Assembly: GCA_965248925.1 (NCBI GenBank)
Contig: CBDFLE010000006.1
Coordinates: forward strand, 192,001 to 256,000
Source: Candidatus Multivoradales bacterium
Lineage (GTDB): Bacteria; Acidobacteriota; Thermoanaerobaculia; Multivoradales; J023
Reading direction: 5' to 3'
Length of the DNA stretch: 64,000 nt
The position numbers were made by a program, and so were the translations under genes. A model generated the notes under the pieces. That model saw nothing but the letters and a program-made list of their open reading frames with translations, was not told where the DNA came from and did no database searches. Positions 10,359 through 18,746 of this stretch are shown here, in pieces; the stretch's first letter is position 1; each line of letters starts with the position of its first letter.

Positions 10359-11150
10359 ATGAACTCCAGAAAAACAATAGTCAGCCCTCCGCGCCCACCG
10401 CCAGAGTCTCGCCAGGCCGCTTCTTGGGCAGGTCTGCGGGCGGTGGTGCCGATCCTGCTCGGGGTCATTCCCTTCGGCATGATCAGCGGTGCTTCAGCGG
10501 TGGCCGCCGGCTTGTCCTTGGGCCAGGCGGTAGGAATGTCGGTGGTCGTGTTTGCTGGCGCGGCGCAGCTAGCGGCGGTGGAGCTACTCGCTCATGGAGC
10601 CTCACCGGTGGTGGTGGTACTTACCGCCTGGGTCATCAACCTCCGCTTCATGATGTACAGCGCCAGTTTGGCGCCTTGGGTACGCTCGCTGGTGGCGAGC
10701 AAGAAACTACTGCTCTCTTACTTGCTCACCGACCAAGCCTACGCCGTGTCGCTGGTGCGCTTCGAGCAACATCCCAAGCGTCCCAAACTAGCCTTTTATC
10801 TCGGCGCGGCCGCGACCTTGTGGGGGGTCTGGCAACTCAGCACCCTGGCCGGTGCGGCGCTTGGCAGCGGTCTACCAGCCACCCTGGAGCTCGAATTCGC
10901 CATCCCCCTGACCTTCATTGCACTGATGGTGCCGATGCTGAATGATCGGCCGCGGTTGCTGGCGGCACTCACCGCGGGTGTCGTCTCCCTGGCCGCTCAG
11001 GATCTGCCTTTCAACCTGGGTTTGATCATCGCGGCAGCCGGCGGCGTCGGCGTTGGCCTGCTGATCGAGACCGGCAAGAAGCCCCAGGTCGAGACCGCCG
11101 ATTCACCGTCAGCGACGCTCGAAACCTGCGCCGACTCTTGCCAGGAGTGA
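10359..11150 (+). CDS. azlC: AzlC-family branched-chain amino acid exporter
   Basis: MSVVVFAGAAQ, INLRFMMYS, LTDQAYA. Divergent from the MocR gene. Confidence 0.92.
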   Translation: MNSRKTIVSPPRPPPESRQAASWAGLRAVVPILLGVIPFGMISGASAVAAGLSLGQAVGMSVVVFAGAAQLAAVELLAHGASPVVVVLTAWVINLRFMMYSASLAPWVRSLVASKKLLLSYLLTDQAYAVSLVRFEQHPKRPKLAFYLGAAATLWGVWQLSTLAGAALGSGLPATLELEFAIPLTFIALMVPMLNDRPRLLAALTAGVVSLAAQDLPFNLGLIIAAAGGVGVGLLIETGKKPQVETADSPSATLETCADSCQE

Positions 11151-11154
11151 TGGG

Positions 11155-11478
11155 ATGCTGTCGACAACGAGCTTTTGGTTACTGGTTGGGGTCATCGGCG
11201 CCGGCACGCTGGCCCTGCGCGCGGTTTTCGTCTTCGCCTTCGCCGAACGCCAGCTGCCGCCCCGGGCGGAGCGGGGTTTGTACCTAGCGCCCGCGGCGAT
11301 TTTCTCGGCCATCGTTCTACCGGCCGTTTTCAGCACTACGACCAGAGTCAGCGGCCTCGACCCCCGCCTTCTGGCCGCCGGCATCGCAGTGCTGATCGCC
11401 TGGCGCAGCCGCAGCATGCTGGCGACCATCTCCGGCGGCATGGTGGCACTGTGGCTAGGGCGCTGGCTGCTGAGTTAG
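11155..11478 (+). CDS. azlD: AzlD-family small subunit
   Basis: Small hydrophobic ORF directly after azlC, with GTLALRA and AWRSRSMLATI. Confidence 0.85.
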   Translation: MLSTTSFWLLVGVIGAGTLALRAVFVFAFAERQLPPRAERGLYLAPAAIFSAIVLPAVFSTTTRVSGLDPRLLAAGIAVLIAWRSRSMLATISGGMVALWLGRWLLS

Positions 11479-11511
11479 CCGACCGCGGCAGTTGGCAGTA
11501 CCTACCCAGGA

Positions 11512-12312
11512 TCAGCTGAAGCGGGGCTTGCGCTTGTCGGCAAAGGCGGCGTGGCTCTCGCGAAAGTTAGGATCTTCCATGCACGCGGCCTGGATCTCGA
11601 CCTCGGCGGCCATCGCCGACTCGAGGTCCATCGAAGCCTCGCGCAGCACCAGTTTCTTGGTCACCTCGAGGCCGAAGGACGGGCCGCGGGCAAGGCGCTC
11701 GGCCCACTCGCCGGCCACCGTTGGCAACTGGGCCTTGGCCACCACCCGATTGTAGAGACCAATGCGGTAAGCCTCCTCGGCAGTGACGAATTCACCGGTC
11801 ATCAGCAGTTCCATCCCCCGTCCCAGGCCGACGATGCGCGGCAGCAGCCAGGAAGCCCCCATGTCGGCTCCGGAGAGACCGACCTTGGTGAAAATGAAAC
11901 CAATCTTGGCGTCGTCAGCGGCGATGCGCACGTCCGACGCCACCGCCATCACCGCGCCGGCTCCAGCCACCAGACCATTGAGCGCGGCGACGATCGGCCG
12001 GCGGCAGCGCAGCATGGAGAGAATCAGCGCTCCGGTCAGGCGGGTGAACTCCAGCAGACCCCGGTAGTCGCGGCCGAAAAGCTCGCCGATGATGTCGTGC
12101 ACGTCGCCACCGCTGCAAAAGGCCTTGCCCGCGCCGGTGAGCATGATCGCCCGCACGCCGGGCTCGGTATCGAGGGTCTCGAAGGCCCGCCGCAACTCGT
12201 CGTACACCTCGAATGTCAAGGCGTTGTAACGCTCGGGACGATTCAAGGTCAGGGTGGCGACACCGGTCGCTGGATCGTGCTGGTAGCGAAAGCTCTGCGG
12301 ATCAAGGGGCAT
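11512..12312 (-). CDS. Enoyl-CoA hydratase/isomerase
   Basis: LTLNRPERYNALT, FCSGGD, AGAG, GLSGADMGA. Start at ATG 12312. Confidence 0.93.
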   Translation of the reverse strand: MPLDPQSFRYQHDPATGVATLTLNRPERYNALTFEVYDELRRAFETLDTEPGVRAIMLTGAGKAFCSGGDVHDIIGELFGRDYRGLLEFTRLTGALILSMLRCRRPIVAALNGLVAGAGAVMAVASDVRIAADDAKIGFIFTKVGLSGADMGASWLLPRIVGLGRGMELLMTGEFVTAEEAYRIGLYNRVVAKAQLPTVAGEWAERLARGPSFGLEVTKKLVLREASMDLESAMAAEVEIQAACMEDPNFRESHAAFADKRKPRFS

Positions 12313-12328
12313 CGATTCTAAACTCCTT

Positions 12329-12763
12329 CTATTCCAACCCGCTGTCGGCGGCGGCTGGCGCCAGCACCGCCTGGGCTTGGATCTCGACCTTGGCCGCAGG
12401 GTCGAGCAGACCACTGACCTCGACCAACGCCATGGTCGGATAGTGACCGCCCATCAAATCTCGGTAGGCGGCGCCAACCTGCTTCAGAGCACCAAGGTAC
12501 TCGTTCTTGTCGGTGACGTAGAGGGTCAGCTGGGCGATCGCCGGCGGCCCGCCACCCGCCGCCTCAACCACCGCCAACACATTGGCCAGCGCCTGGCGGA
12601 ACTGCCGCGAAAAATCTTCGGAGACGATTAACTGCTCGCTATTCCAGGCGATCTGCCCGGCAACAAAGAGCAGTCGACCACCAGGCGGTGCCAGAATGCC
12701 GTTGGCATATCCCCGCGGCGCGCCCAACCGCGCCGGGTTGATGCTCTCTAGCTTGTAACTCAT
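12329..12763 (-). CDS. RidA/YjgF-family protein
   Basis: LFVAGQI, YPTMALVEV, KVEIQA. ATGA overlap with the SDR gene. Confidence 0.9.
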   Translation of the reverse strand: MSYKLESINPARLGAPRGYANGILAPPGGRLLFVAGQIAWNSEQLIVSEDFSRQFRQALANVLAVVEAAGGGPPAIAQLTLYVTDKNEYLGALKQVGAAYRDLMGGHYPTMALVEVSGLLDPAAKVEIQAQAVLAPAAADSGLE

Positions 12764-13545
12764 GACTGCAAGGCTCCTCCGTCGAGCACCACCGCTTGGC
12801 CATTGACCCCCCGCGCTCGCGGATCGCAAAGCGCCAGAACCTGATAAGCCACCTCCTCGGCCTCGATCAAACGCTGCTGCGGACTCGCCGCCTCCAGCCG
12901 ACGACGGGCATCATCCGCCTCGAGATCGGTCTTGCCGACGATGCGGGCAATGGTTTGATCGGTCATCTCGGTATCGACATAACCTGGGCAAACCGCGTTG
13001 ACCGTCACTCCGCGACTAGCGACTTCTGCCGACAAGGCACGGGTCAAACCGACGACGGCATGTTTGGAAGCAGTGTAAGCGGTGATGTAAGCCGCGCCAC
13101 TCTTGCCCGCCACCGAGGCGATGTTAACGATCCGCCCCCAACCCCTCTCCACCATCCCCGGCAAGAAAGCGCGGCAGCAGAGGAAGGTGCCGGTGGCGTT
13201 GGTCGCCATCACTTGGTTCCACATTTCGAGGGTGGTGCGATGCAGAGGAGCTGAGGGCGCGATGCCGGCATTGGCCACCAGGATGTCGACTCCACCGAGG
13301 CGCTCTTCGGCGATCGAGCGGAGCCGCTCCACGGCCTCTTCGCTGGTCACGTCGCAGACCACCGCATGGGCCTCGGCGCCGTCGTCGGTGAGTTCGGTGG
13401 CCAACCCTTCGATCGGCTCGGGGGTACGCCCGCTGAGCACCACTGCGGCCCCATTGGCGGCCAACAACCGCGCGGTAGCCGCGCCAATTCCGCGACCACC
13501 GCCAGTGATGACCGCACCCAAGCCGGTCAAGATTCCATTCGTCAT
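12760..13545 (-). CDS. Short-chain dehydrogenase/reductase
   Basis: TGGGRGIG, NAG, YTASK, PGYVDT. Confidence 0.93.
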   Translation of the reverse strand: MTNGILTGLGAVITGGGRGIGAATARLLAANGAAVVLSGRTPEPIEGLATELTDDGAEAHAVVCDVTSEEAVERLRSIAEERLGGVDILVANAGIAPSAPLHRTTLEMWNQVMATNATGTFLCCRAFLPGMVERGWGRIVNIASVAGKSGAAYITAYTASKHAVVGLTRALSAEVASRGVTVNAVCPGYVDTEMTDQTIARIVGKTDLEADDARRRLEAASPQQRLIEAEEVAYQVLALCDPRARGVNGQAVVLDGGALQS

Positions 13546-13648
13546 GAGGGCGACCTTAGAGACGGCGCCGGAAGCTGTCAAGCAGCCCCTGGCCAGCTGG
13601 CCCTATTGCCGCGATAGCAGAGAGATCGATAGTCTCGGCCAGTCGATC

Positions 13649-15940
13649 ATGATCCAATCTCCAAATACAACTGCTCGGCGGCGCTGGCGCGTGCTCGCTC
13701 AATGCCTTCTCATCAGTTTGCTAGCCGGCTGCTGGTCTCAGGCCGAAAAGCAGCCAATGGACCTCTTCGAGGCCTTTGCTCAGGCTGAGCAAGTGCCGCC
13801 GCCCGGCTTGTTCAAGCTCGGCAGCAAGTCTCGGCAGACCTGGCGAATGCCCCTGGCCACGCCTGATCTGCCGCGGCGGGAATGGGGCTTGGCCGCGGAA
13901 TATGGCTGGCGGCCACTGGGCGCTCAGATCACCCTCCGCCTCGGCCCGGCAACCGCGGGTAGTCAGCTGTTGTGGGTGGAGATCCAGCGGGTCAAGCCCG
14001 GTCCCGGCGAACCGCCGCTAGCTCCATTGAGCGTCCAACCAAGATGGAAGAACGCTGGCGACAGCCTCGGCCCGTTGCTTGAACCAAGGCAGCTGATCGC
14101 CGGTCGCAACCGGCTGTGGCTACCCCTGCCCCAGCCGCTGCCCGCCACCAGTTCGCTCGAGCTGCACTTCGATCCGCCGATCGATCAACCAGCCCAGGGC
14201 CTGCCCCTTGTTCTGGTCACCGGCCTCGCCTACCTGCCGACCGCTGACCACCCTCCGCGACTGGCCCGCGCCACCCTCAGCGTCCATCTTCCCACTCAAG
14301 AAGTGCGGATCCACCGCAGCGGTCGCTTTGTGATCGGCCTGAAACTGCCTCGCGAGGCCGATCCGAAGTATGCCGAACTGCATCTACAGCTAGCGCTCGG
14401 CGACCAGCCCCCGGCCGCCGGCAGTGTCCGCTGGACCCTCAGCGGGCTCGACGGTGAGCCCTTGGGCTTCAGCTTCGACGAACGACGGCGCCGACGCTTC
14501 AGCGAGCTACGCGGCGACTTCAGCACCGACTTTCCGCATCATCTGATTCTTCTGCTCGACGTTGACTTGGCTGCCGAGGCCGGCCCGCTGGTAATTCGCC
14601 AGCCACGGCTGCTAACCGCTGCCAGGCAGAACCGCAGCGAGCTCGCCGACCGGGACATCGCCGATCGTGACCTTGCCAACAGTGAACCGGCTAGCCATCC
14701 CGACATCATCCTCATCGTTCTCGACGCGGCCCGCGGCGACCGGGTTGGCGGCACTTACCCGAAGAGGGTGGCACCTCGGCTCGAGGCGCTGGCGGAGGAG
14801 GGACTGCTGTTCTCCCATGCCTATTCTGAATGCCCCTCGACCTTATGCTCGATCCCCAACCTGATCACCGGCCTGCCCTTGCTGGCCGAGGGAGCCGGCG
14901 GCAAGGCGGGGCGGCTCGCCGACTCGCACCAAACCCTGGCCGAGACCCTGCACCAACTCGGCTACCGCACCATCGGCCTGTCGGCCAATCCCTACAACTC
15001 GGTATCGCGCAACATGCACCAAGGATTCGACCACTTCGCTGCTCTGTGGGGCAAAAAGTCCACCGACCACGGACCCAACGGCATGGTGCGCCAGGCGCGG
15101 GCGGCGATCGAGGCCACTGCCGCCGAACAACCGCTCTTCTTGCAACTGCACTTCCTGCCGCCGCATGAGCCCTACGCCCCGCCACCACGCTTCGATCTAT
15201 TTCGCGACCCGGCCTACCGAGGACCGATCGAGGCCGGCGGCTCGTTATTCGCCTATCGCACCGGTCGGGCGAGCTTCAGCAGCGCCGACCTGGAGCAACT
15301 GGTGGCCCTCTACGATGGCAACTTCCTGACCGCCGACGACGCCGCCGGCCGGGTCTTCGACCTCGTGCGCGAGTATCGCCAGTGGGACAACACGGCGGTG
15401 GTGGTAACCGCTGATCACGGCGAGGCCTTTCTCGAACATGGCCAACAAGGTCACAACGCGGATCTTTTCGAGGAGATGCTGCACATTCCCTTGGTGATCA
15501 AACCACCAGCCCGAGTCAGCAGCGAGAGTTCTTGGCTGGACCAGCCGGTGAGCTTGGGCGATGTCGTGCCCACTCTGCTCGGCATGCTCGGCCGCTCGGC
15601 ACCAGCTCAGGCAACCGGTGTCGATCTGCTCACTGTGCCAGCCCACCCAAGGCTGTTGATCTTCCGCACCAGCCGCCCTCTGACACCGGCCTGGGCACTA
15701 CGCAACGGCCCCTTCAAAGCCATCGCCTGCCCCGGCCGAGACGAACGTTGGTTATTCAATTTGGACCAGGATCCGGCCGAGCACACCAATCTGGCGGCAA
15801 CCCGCGGCGAGTTGTGGAGCGTCATGACCGGCTGGTTGCGGCAACAGCGAGCCGCCCTAGCTAGCCAAGGTGCAGCTGAGTCGACGCTCTTTGACGACGA
15901 AGAGCGCCGCGTTTTGCGCGCCCTGGGCTACGCAGAGTGA
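13649..15940 (+). CDS. Sulfatase-fold (alkaline phosphatase superfamily) lipoprotein
   Basis: Lipobox LLAGC, IILIVLDAARGD, HFLPPHEPY, TADHGEAF. Start moved to ATG 13649 because the upstream part of the ORF is antisense to the SDR gene. Confidence 0.85.
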   Translation: MIQSPNTTARRRWRVLAQCLLISLLAGCWSQAEKQPMDLFEAFAQAEQVPPPGLFKLGSKSRQTWRMPLATPDLPRREWGLAAEYGWRPLGAQITLRLGPATAGSQLLWVEIQRVKPGPGEPPLAPLSVQPRWKNAGDSLGPLLEPRQLIAGRNRLWLPLPQPLPATSSLELHFDPPIDQPAQGLPLVLVTGLAYLPTADHPPRLARATLSVHLPTQEVRIHRSGRFVIGLKLPREADPKYAELHLQLALGDQPPAAGSVRWTLSGLDGEPLGFSFDERRRRRFSELRGDFSTDFPHHLILLLDVDLAAEAGPLVIRQPRLLTAARQNRSELADRDIADRDLANSEPASHPDIILIVLDAARGDRVGGTYPKRVAPRLEALAEEGLLFSHAYSECPSTLCSIPNLITGLPLLAEGAGGKAGRLADSHQTLAETLHQLGYRTIGLSANPYNSVSRNMHQGFDHFAALWGKKSTDHGPNGMVRQARAAIEATAAEQPLFLQLHFLPPHEPYAPPPRFDLFRDPAYRGPIEAGGSLFAYRTGRASFSSADLEQLVALYDGNFLTADDAAGRVFDLVREYRQWDNTAVVVTADHGEAFLEHGQQGHNADLFEEMLHIPLVIKPPARVSSESSWLDQPVSLGDVVPTLLGMLGRSAPAQATGVDLLTVPAHPRLLIFRTSRPLTPAWALRNGPFKAIACPGRDERWLFNLDQDPAEHTNLAATRGELWSVMTGWLRQQRAALASQGAAESTLFDDEERRVLRALGYAE

Positions 15941-16107
15941 AATCACGGCCAAGATTGGCTTAGGATCGGCACCGATGAGCGAACAACACTCACCCGCTCC
16001 GTACTTCCTCTGCCAACGCCGCGCAACTGCTGTCGGTGGCCGGGAGATGTGCGGGTCGGAGATCGCGAGATCGAGGCGATCCCCGCGCTACCACCCGACC
16101 CGGCCGA

Positions 16108-16851
16108 CTAAGCCAGAACAGCTTCGGCGAGAATCTGGCCGAGAACATCGATCGTCTCTCGCCCCTCGGCGACGCTGGCCGCGGCCGGATCACCAAAGTA
16201 AGCCTGTGGCCCGCCTGCTTCGGCAAAGCTGGTCTTGCCTTCGCGCAGGGCGGTCGACAGCGACTTCAGCACCGGCTCTAGGTGCCGACTGCGCTCGACC
16301 CGAACCAATTCAGGACGCGCCGCCAAGACCACCGAACCCTCGTAGCAGCCGGCATGACAAGCGCCGCTCTTGAATTCGTCGGTCAATCGCAGGGCCCACG
16401 GTTTGCGGGTGATATCGGGAAAGACCCAGCGCGGCCGGCCCGCCGCTTTGATTTCCTTGGCAGAGGCATAGAGCGAGCCCAGATGCGCCGGGTCGAGATG
16501 CGAGTTGGCGATCGCCAACGTGCCGACTCCGTGGCTCGCCAGAGCGGCGGCGAGGTCGACCAGCAGGGCGGTCACCGTCTCCGGCCTGACCGACAAGGTG
16601 CCAGGGAAATCGGCAGCGAAGGAAGCCGCCGTATAGTCGACCGGTGGCAGGAGGAGCACATCAAGCCCAGTGCCGGCCAGGCGCTGGGCGGCATTTTCGA
16701 CCATGGCGACTGATATCACCCGATCGGTAGATAGGGGCAAATGCGGGCCATGGGCTTCGACCGCCCCCACCGGCAGCAGGGCGATGGCGCGACCGAGGTC
16801 GAGCGCGTCGACCTCGGTCCAAGTCATGGCAGATAGGCGGTGGACCGGCAT
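16108..16851 (-). CDS. Creatininase/amidohydrolase family protein
   Basis: PVGAVEAHGPHLPLSTD, NSH, HAGCYEGS. Confidence 0.9.
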   Translation of the reverse strand: MPVHRLSAMTWTEVDALDLGRAIALLPVGAVEAHGPHLPLSTDRVISVAMVENAAQRLAGTGLDVLLLPPVDYTAASFAADFPGTLSVRPETVTALLVDLAAALASHGVGTLAIANSHLDPAHLGSLYASAKEIKAAGRPRWVFPDITRKPWALRLTDEFKSGACHAGCYEGSVVLAARPELVRVERSRHLEPVLKSLSTALREGKTSFAEAGGPQAYFGDPAAASVAEGRETIDVLGQILAEAVLA

Positions 16852-17041
16852 TGGGCCAGTGTAGCCCAACGTCACCGCGGGCAGCACAACGACCGGTGGC
16901 ACGGCGACTCCCACTGTGCCGCCGAGGTGGGCCTAGCGGCAAGAGAAGGCACTACCCCCTTTTCAGCCTTCGCCGGGTCTAGCCATCACAGAAGCACTCC
17001 GAATCTCCGGATGCCCTCTGCTTGCTGATCTGGAGCGAACC

Positions 17042-17251
17042 ATGAGCGAGAAATTCGACCCGGCGTTGTACAACGAAAAAAGAGATACCAAGCCCGATAC
17101 TCCCAAACTGGCGGGCCGCGGGGTGCGGATCCCCGCGGTGGCCGAGCAGGCACCCGGCTCGGCTGACGGCGCGGGCGCCGCCGAGCCAGCCAACACTGGC
17201 GATCAAGATAGAGACACGGTCAAACTCGCCGGCCGCCTAGAGGGGATCTGA
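17042..17251 (+). CDS. 69-aa hypothetical peptide with a duplicated DTxKLAGR motif
   Basis: GGAG upstream of the ATG. Fills an intergenic gap. Contains DTPKLAGR and DTVKLAGR. Confidence 0.55.
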   Translation: MSEKFDPALYNEKRDTKPDTPKLAGRGVRIPAVAEQAPGSADGAGAAEPANTGDQDRDTVKLAGRLEGI

Positions 17252-17326
17252 ACACAGCGCGAGTCGGCGGGCTCTAGCCAAGCCAACCAGCCGCACGCGC
17301 TCTGCTTGGGCGCTGAGAATCCGCCC

Positions 17327-18559
17327 TTAAAACGAGCAGAAATCGTCAAGAACGATCGCTTCAAGACCCACGCTGAAGCGCCCTTCAGCGGCGTGCAACG
17401 GCAGCACGATTCCTGGAGAGCTGGAGAATGGCGGGCTACAGATGCCACAGTTGGTCAGCGACCACAGGTCGATGACGCCAGCGGTGAGATCGCCCACCAG
17501 CGACTCATCGAGCCGCAAGCGACTCGCGAAAGCCAGCTGGTTAAAGAGCTCGTAGAAGCCGGTCGGGCTATCCCCCGCTTCGCCCCGCACGCGGTAGGCC
17601 CAATCGCTGGTGACGGCGCTTCCACCGCCGCCCAACGCTGCGGGTCTGCTACCGCAGACAACCGGCTCAACACCGCCCCAGGGAGCCTGCCACAGCAACA
17701 ACTCGGTGCCGCCGGTGAAAGCGCCGCCATTGAAAAAGCGGGTCAGATAACGACTCGCCAACGGCCGCCGCTGATCGCTGCGATCGACGCCGGGAACGAA
17801 TCCATAGAAGCTGGGCACTGAACCGACGCCGGCGACCTCCGGATCGGCCGGCAAATGGACCAGCGCCGCTCCCTGGGCGAAGTCCTGCCGCGGTTCGACA
17901 AGAAAGAAATCGCCAAACAACACGTTGTCATTCGACGCCAAGCCCCCACCCGCGGCCGCGAAGTAGCCGTCGTCGGAAGGAAAGCGAATCTCGTCCGAGC
18001 AGTCGTCAAGTACGTCGACGGTGAGAAATCCCACCACCGTCTGCTGCTGGCGCATGCTGGCCCAGCACTGGCCCGAGCCGAGGGGATATTCATCACCTCG
18101 ATGCTGCGCGCCGAGGGCAACCACGTCAACCACTGGCTGACTCAGAGGGTCGGCGCAACTGGCCGGTCGCGCTAACTCGCTAGCGGCCTGCGGCAGGCTG
18201 CCACTATGGAAAACGTCGCGCAAATTTATTGGCACCACGCCGTAGGAAGGCAGCAGCAGATCGAAACTCAGCGTCGGTATCCCCCAGTCGGTCCACAGCG
18301 TCACGCGGGCGAGCCGCGGCTCTGTCGCCGTGCTGCCGATCGAGACCAGCGTCGTCGGCCCCGCGGCGTCTTCGAGATCGACTTCGAAAAACGGTAGTAA
18401 GAGACTGGCCGATGGCTGCGGGCCGGTATTGCAGGTGGTGCCCAGCGGCGCCGCTCGAGCGCCCAGGCAGACAGCCAGGGCGCAGACGATGAGCAGGTTC
18501 AGCAAGAACAGGCGAGCCGCAGATGCGCGGCCCAGGAACAAGGGGTCGAAATCTAGCAT
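17327..18559 (-). CDS. Secreted Cys-containing hypothetical protein (family I recall from Acidobacteriota)
   Basis: Signal peptide, GGAGG RBS, TC...PSASLLLPFFEVDL, LWTDWGIPTL, NVLFGDFF. Confidence 0.75.
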   Translation of the reverse strand: MLDFDPLFLGRASAARLFLLNLLIVCALAVCLGARAAPLGTTCNTGPQPSASLLLPFFEVDLEDAAGPTTLVSIGSTATEPRLARVTLWTDWGIPTLSFDLLLPSYGVVPINLRDVFHSGSLPQAASELARPASCADPLSQPVVDVVALGAQHRGDEYPLGSGQCWASMRQQQTVVGFLTVDVLDDCSDEIRFPSDDGYFAAAGGGLASNDNVLFGDFFLVEPRQDFAQGAALVHLPADPEVAGVGSVPSFYGFVPGVDRSDQRRPLASRYLTRFFNGGAFTGGTELLLWQAPWGGVEPVVCGSRPAALGGGGSAVTSDWAYRVRGEAGDSPTGFYELFNQLAFASRLRLDESLVGDLTAGVIDLWSLTNCGICSPPFSSSPGIVLPLHAAEGRFSVGLEAIVLDDFCSF

Positions 18560-18629
18560 GTGTTACCTCCGTTGAAGAAGGTATTTATGCCACATCACCA
18601 TTTTAAAAGCAAACCAAACCTCGGTCGCA

Positions 18630-18667
18630 AGGAGCTTCTCGCTCCCAGAGCGAGGAGCATCCTTTTT
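18630..18667 (+). terminator. Intrinsic terminator-like hairpin oriented on the plus strand
   Basis: GCTTCTCGCTC/GAGCGAGGAGC stem followed by CCTTTTT. Confidence 0.5.
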
Positions 18668-18746
18668 CTCCAAGAGCGGGCGGCAAGCCTAGGCCCGCTA
18701 CTGGCCGCGGCGATGCCCTGAGCTTCCTTAGAACTCGGCCTGGTGC

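Noticed and set aside
13103-13648. Long N-terminal ORF extensions and antisense ORFs (also 7862-8470, 50696-51547, 44340-45482, 54825-56144)
   Set aside because: They overlap well-supported genes and are expected shadow ORFs in high-GC DNA.
18603-18640. c-di-GMP-I riboswitch (GCAAACC...CGCAAGG resemblance)
   Set aside because: No GNRA-capped stem or second conserved hairpin, and no downstream plus-strand gene.
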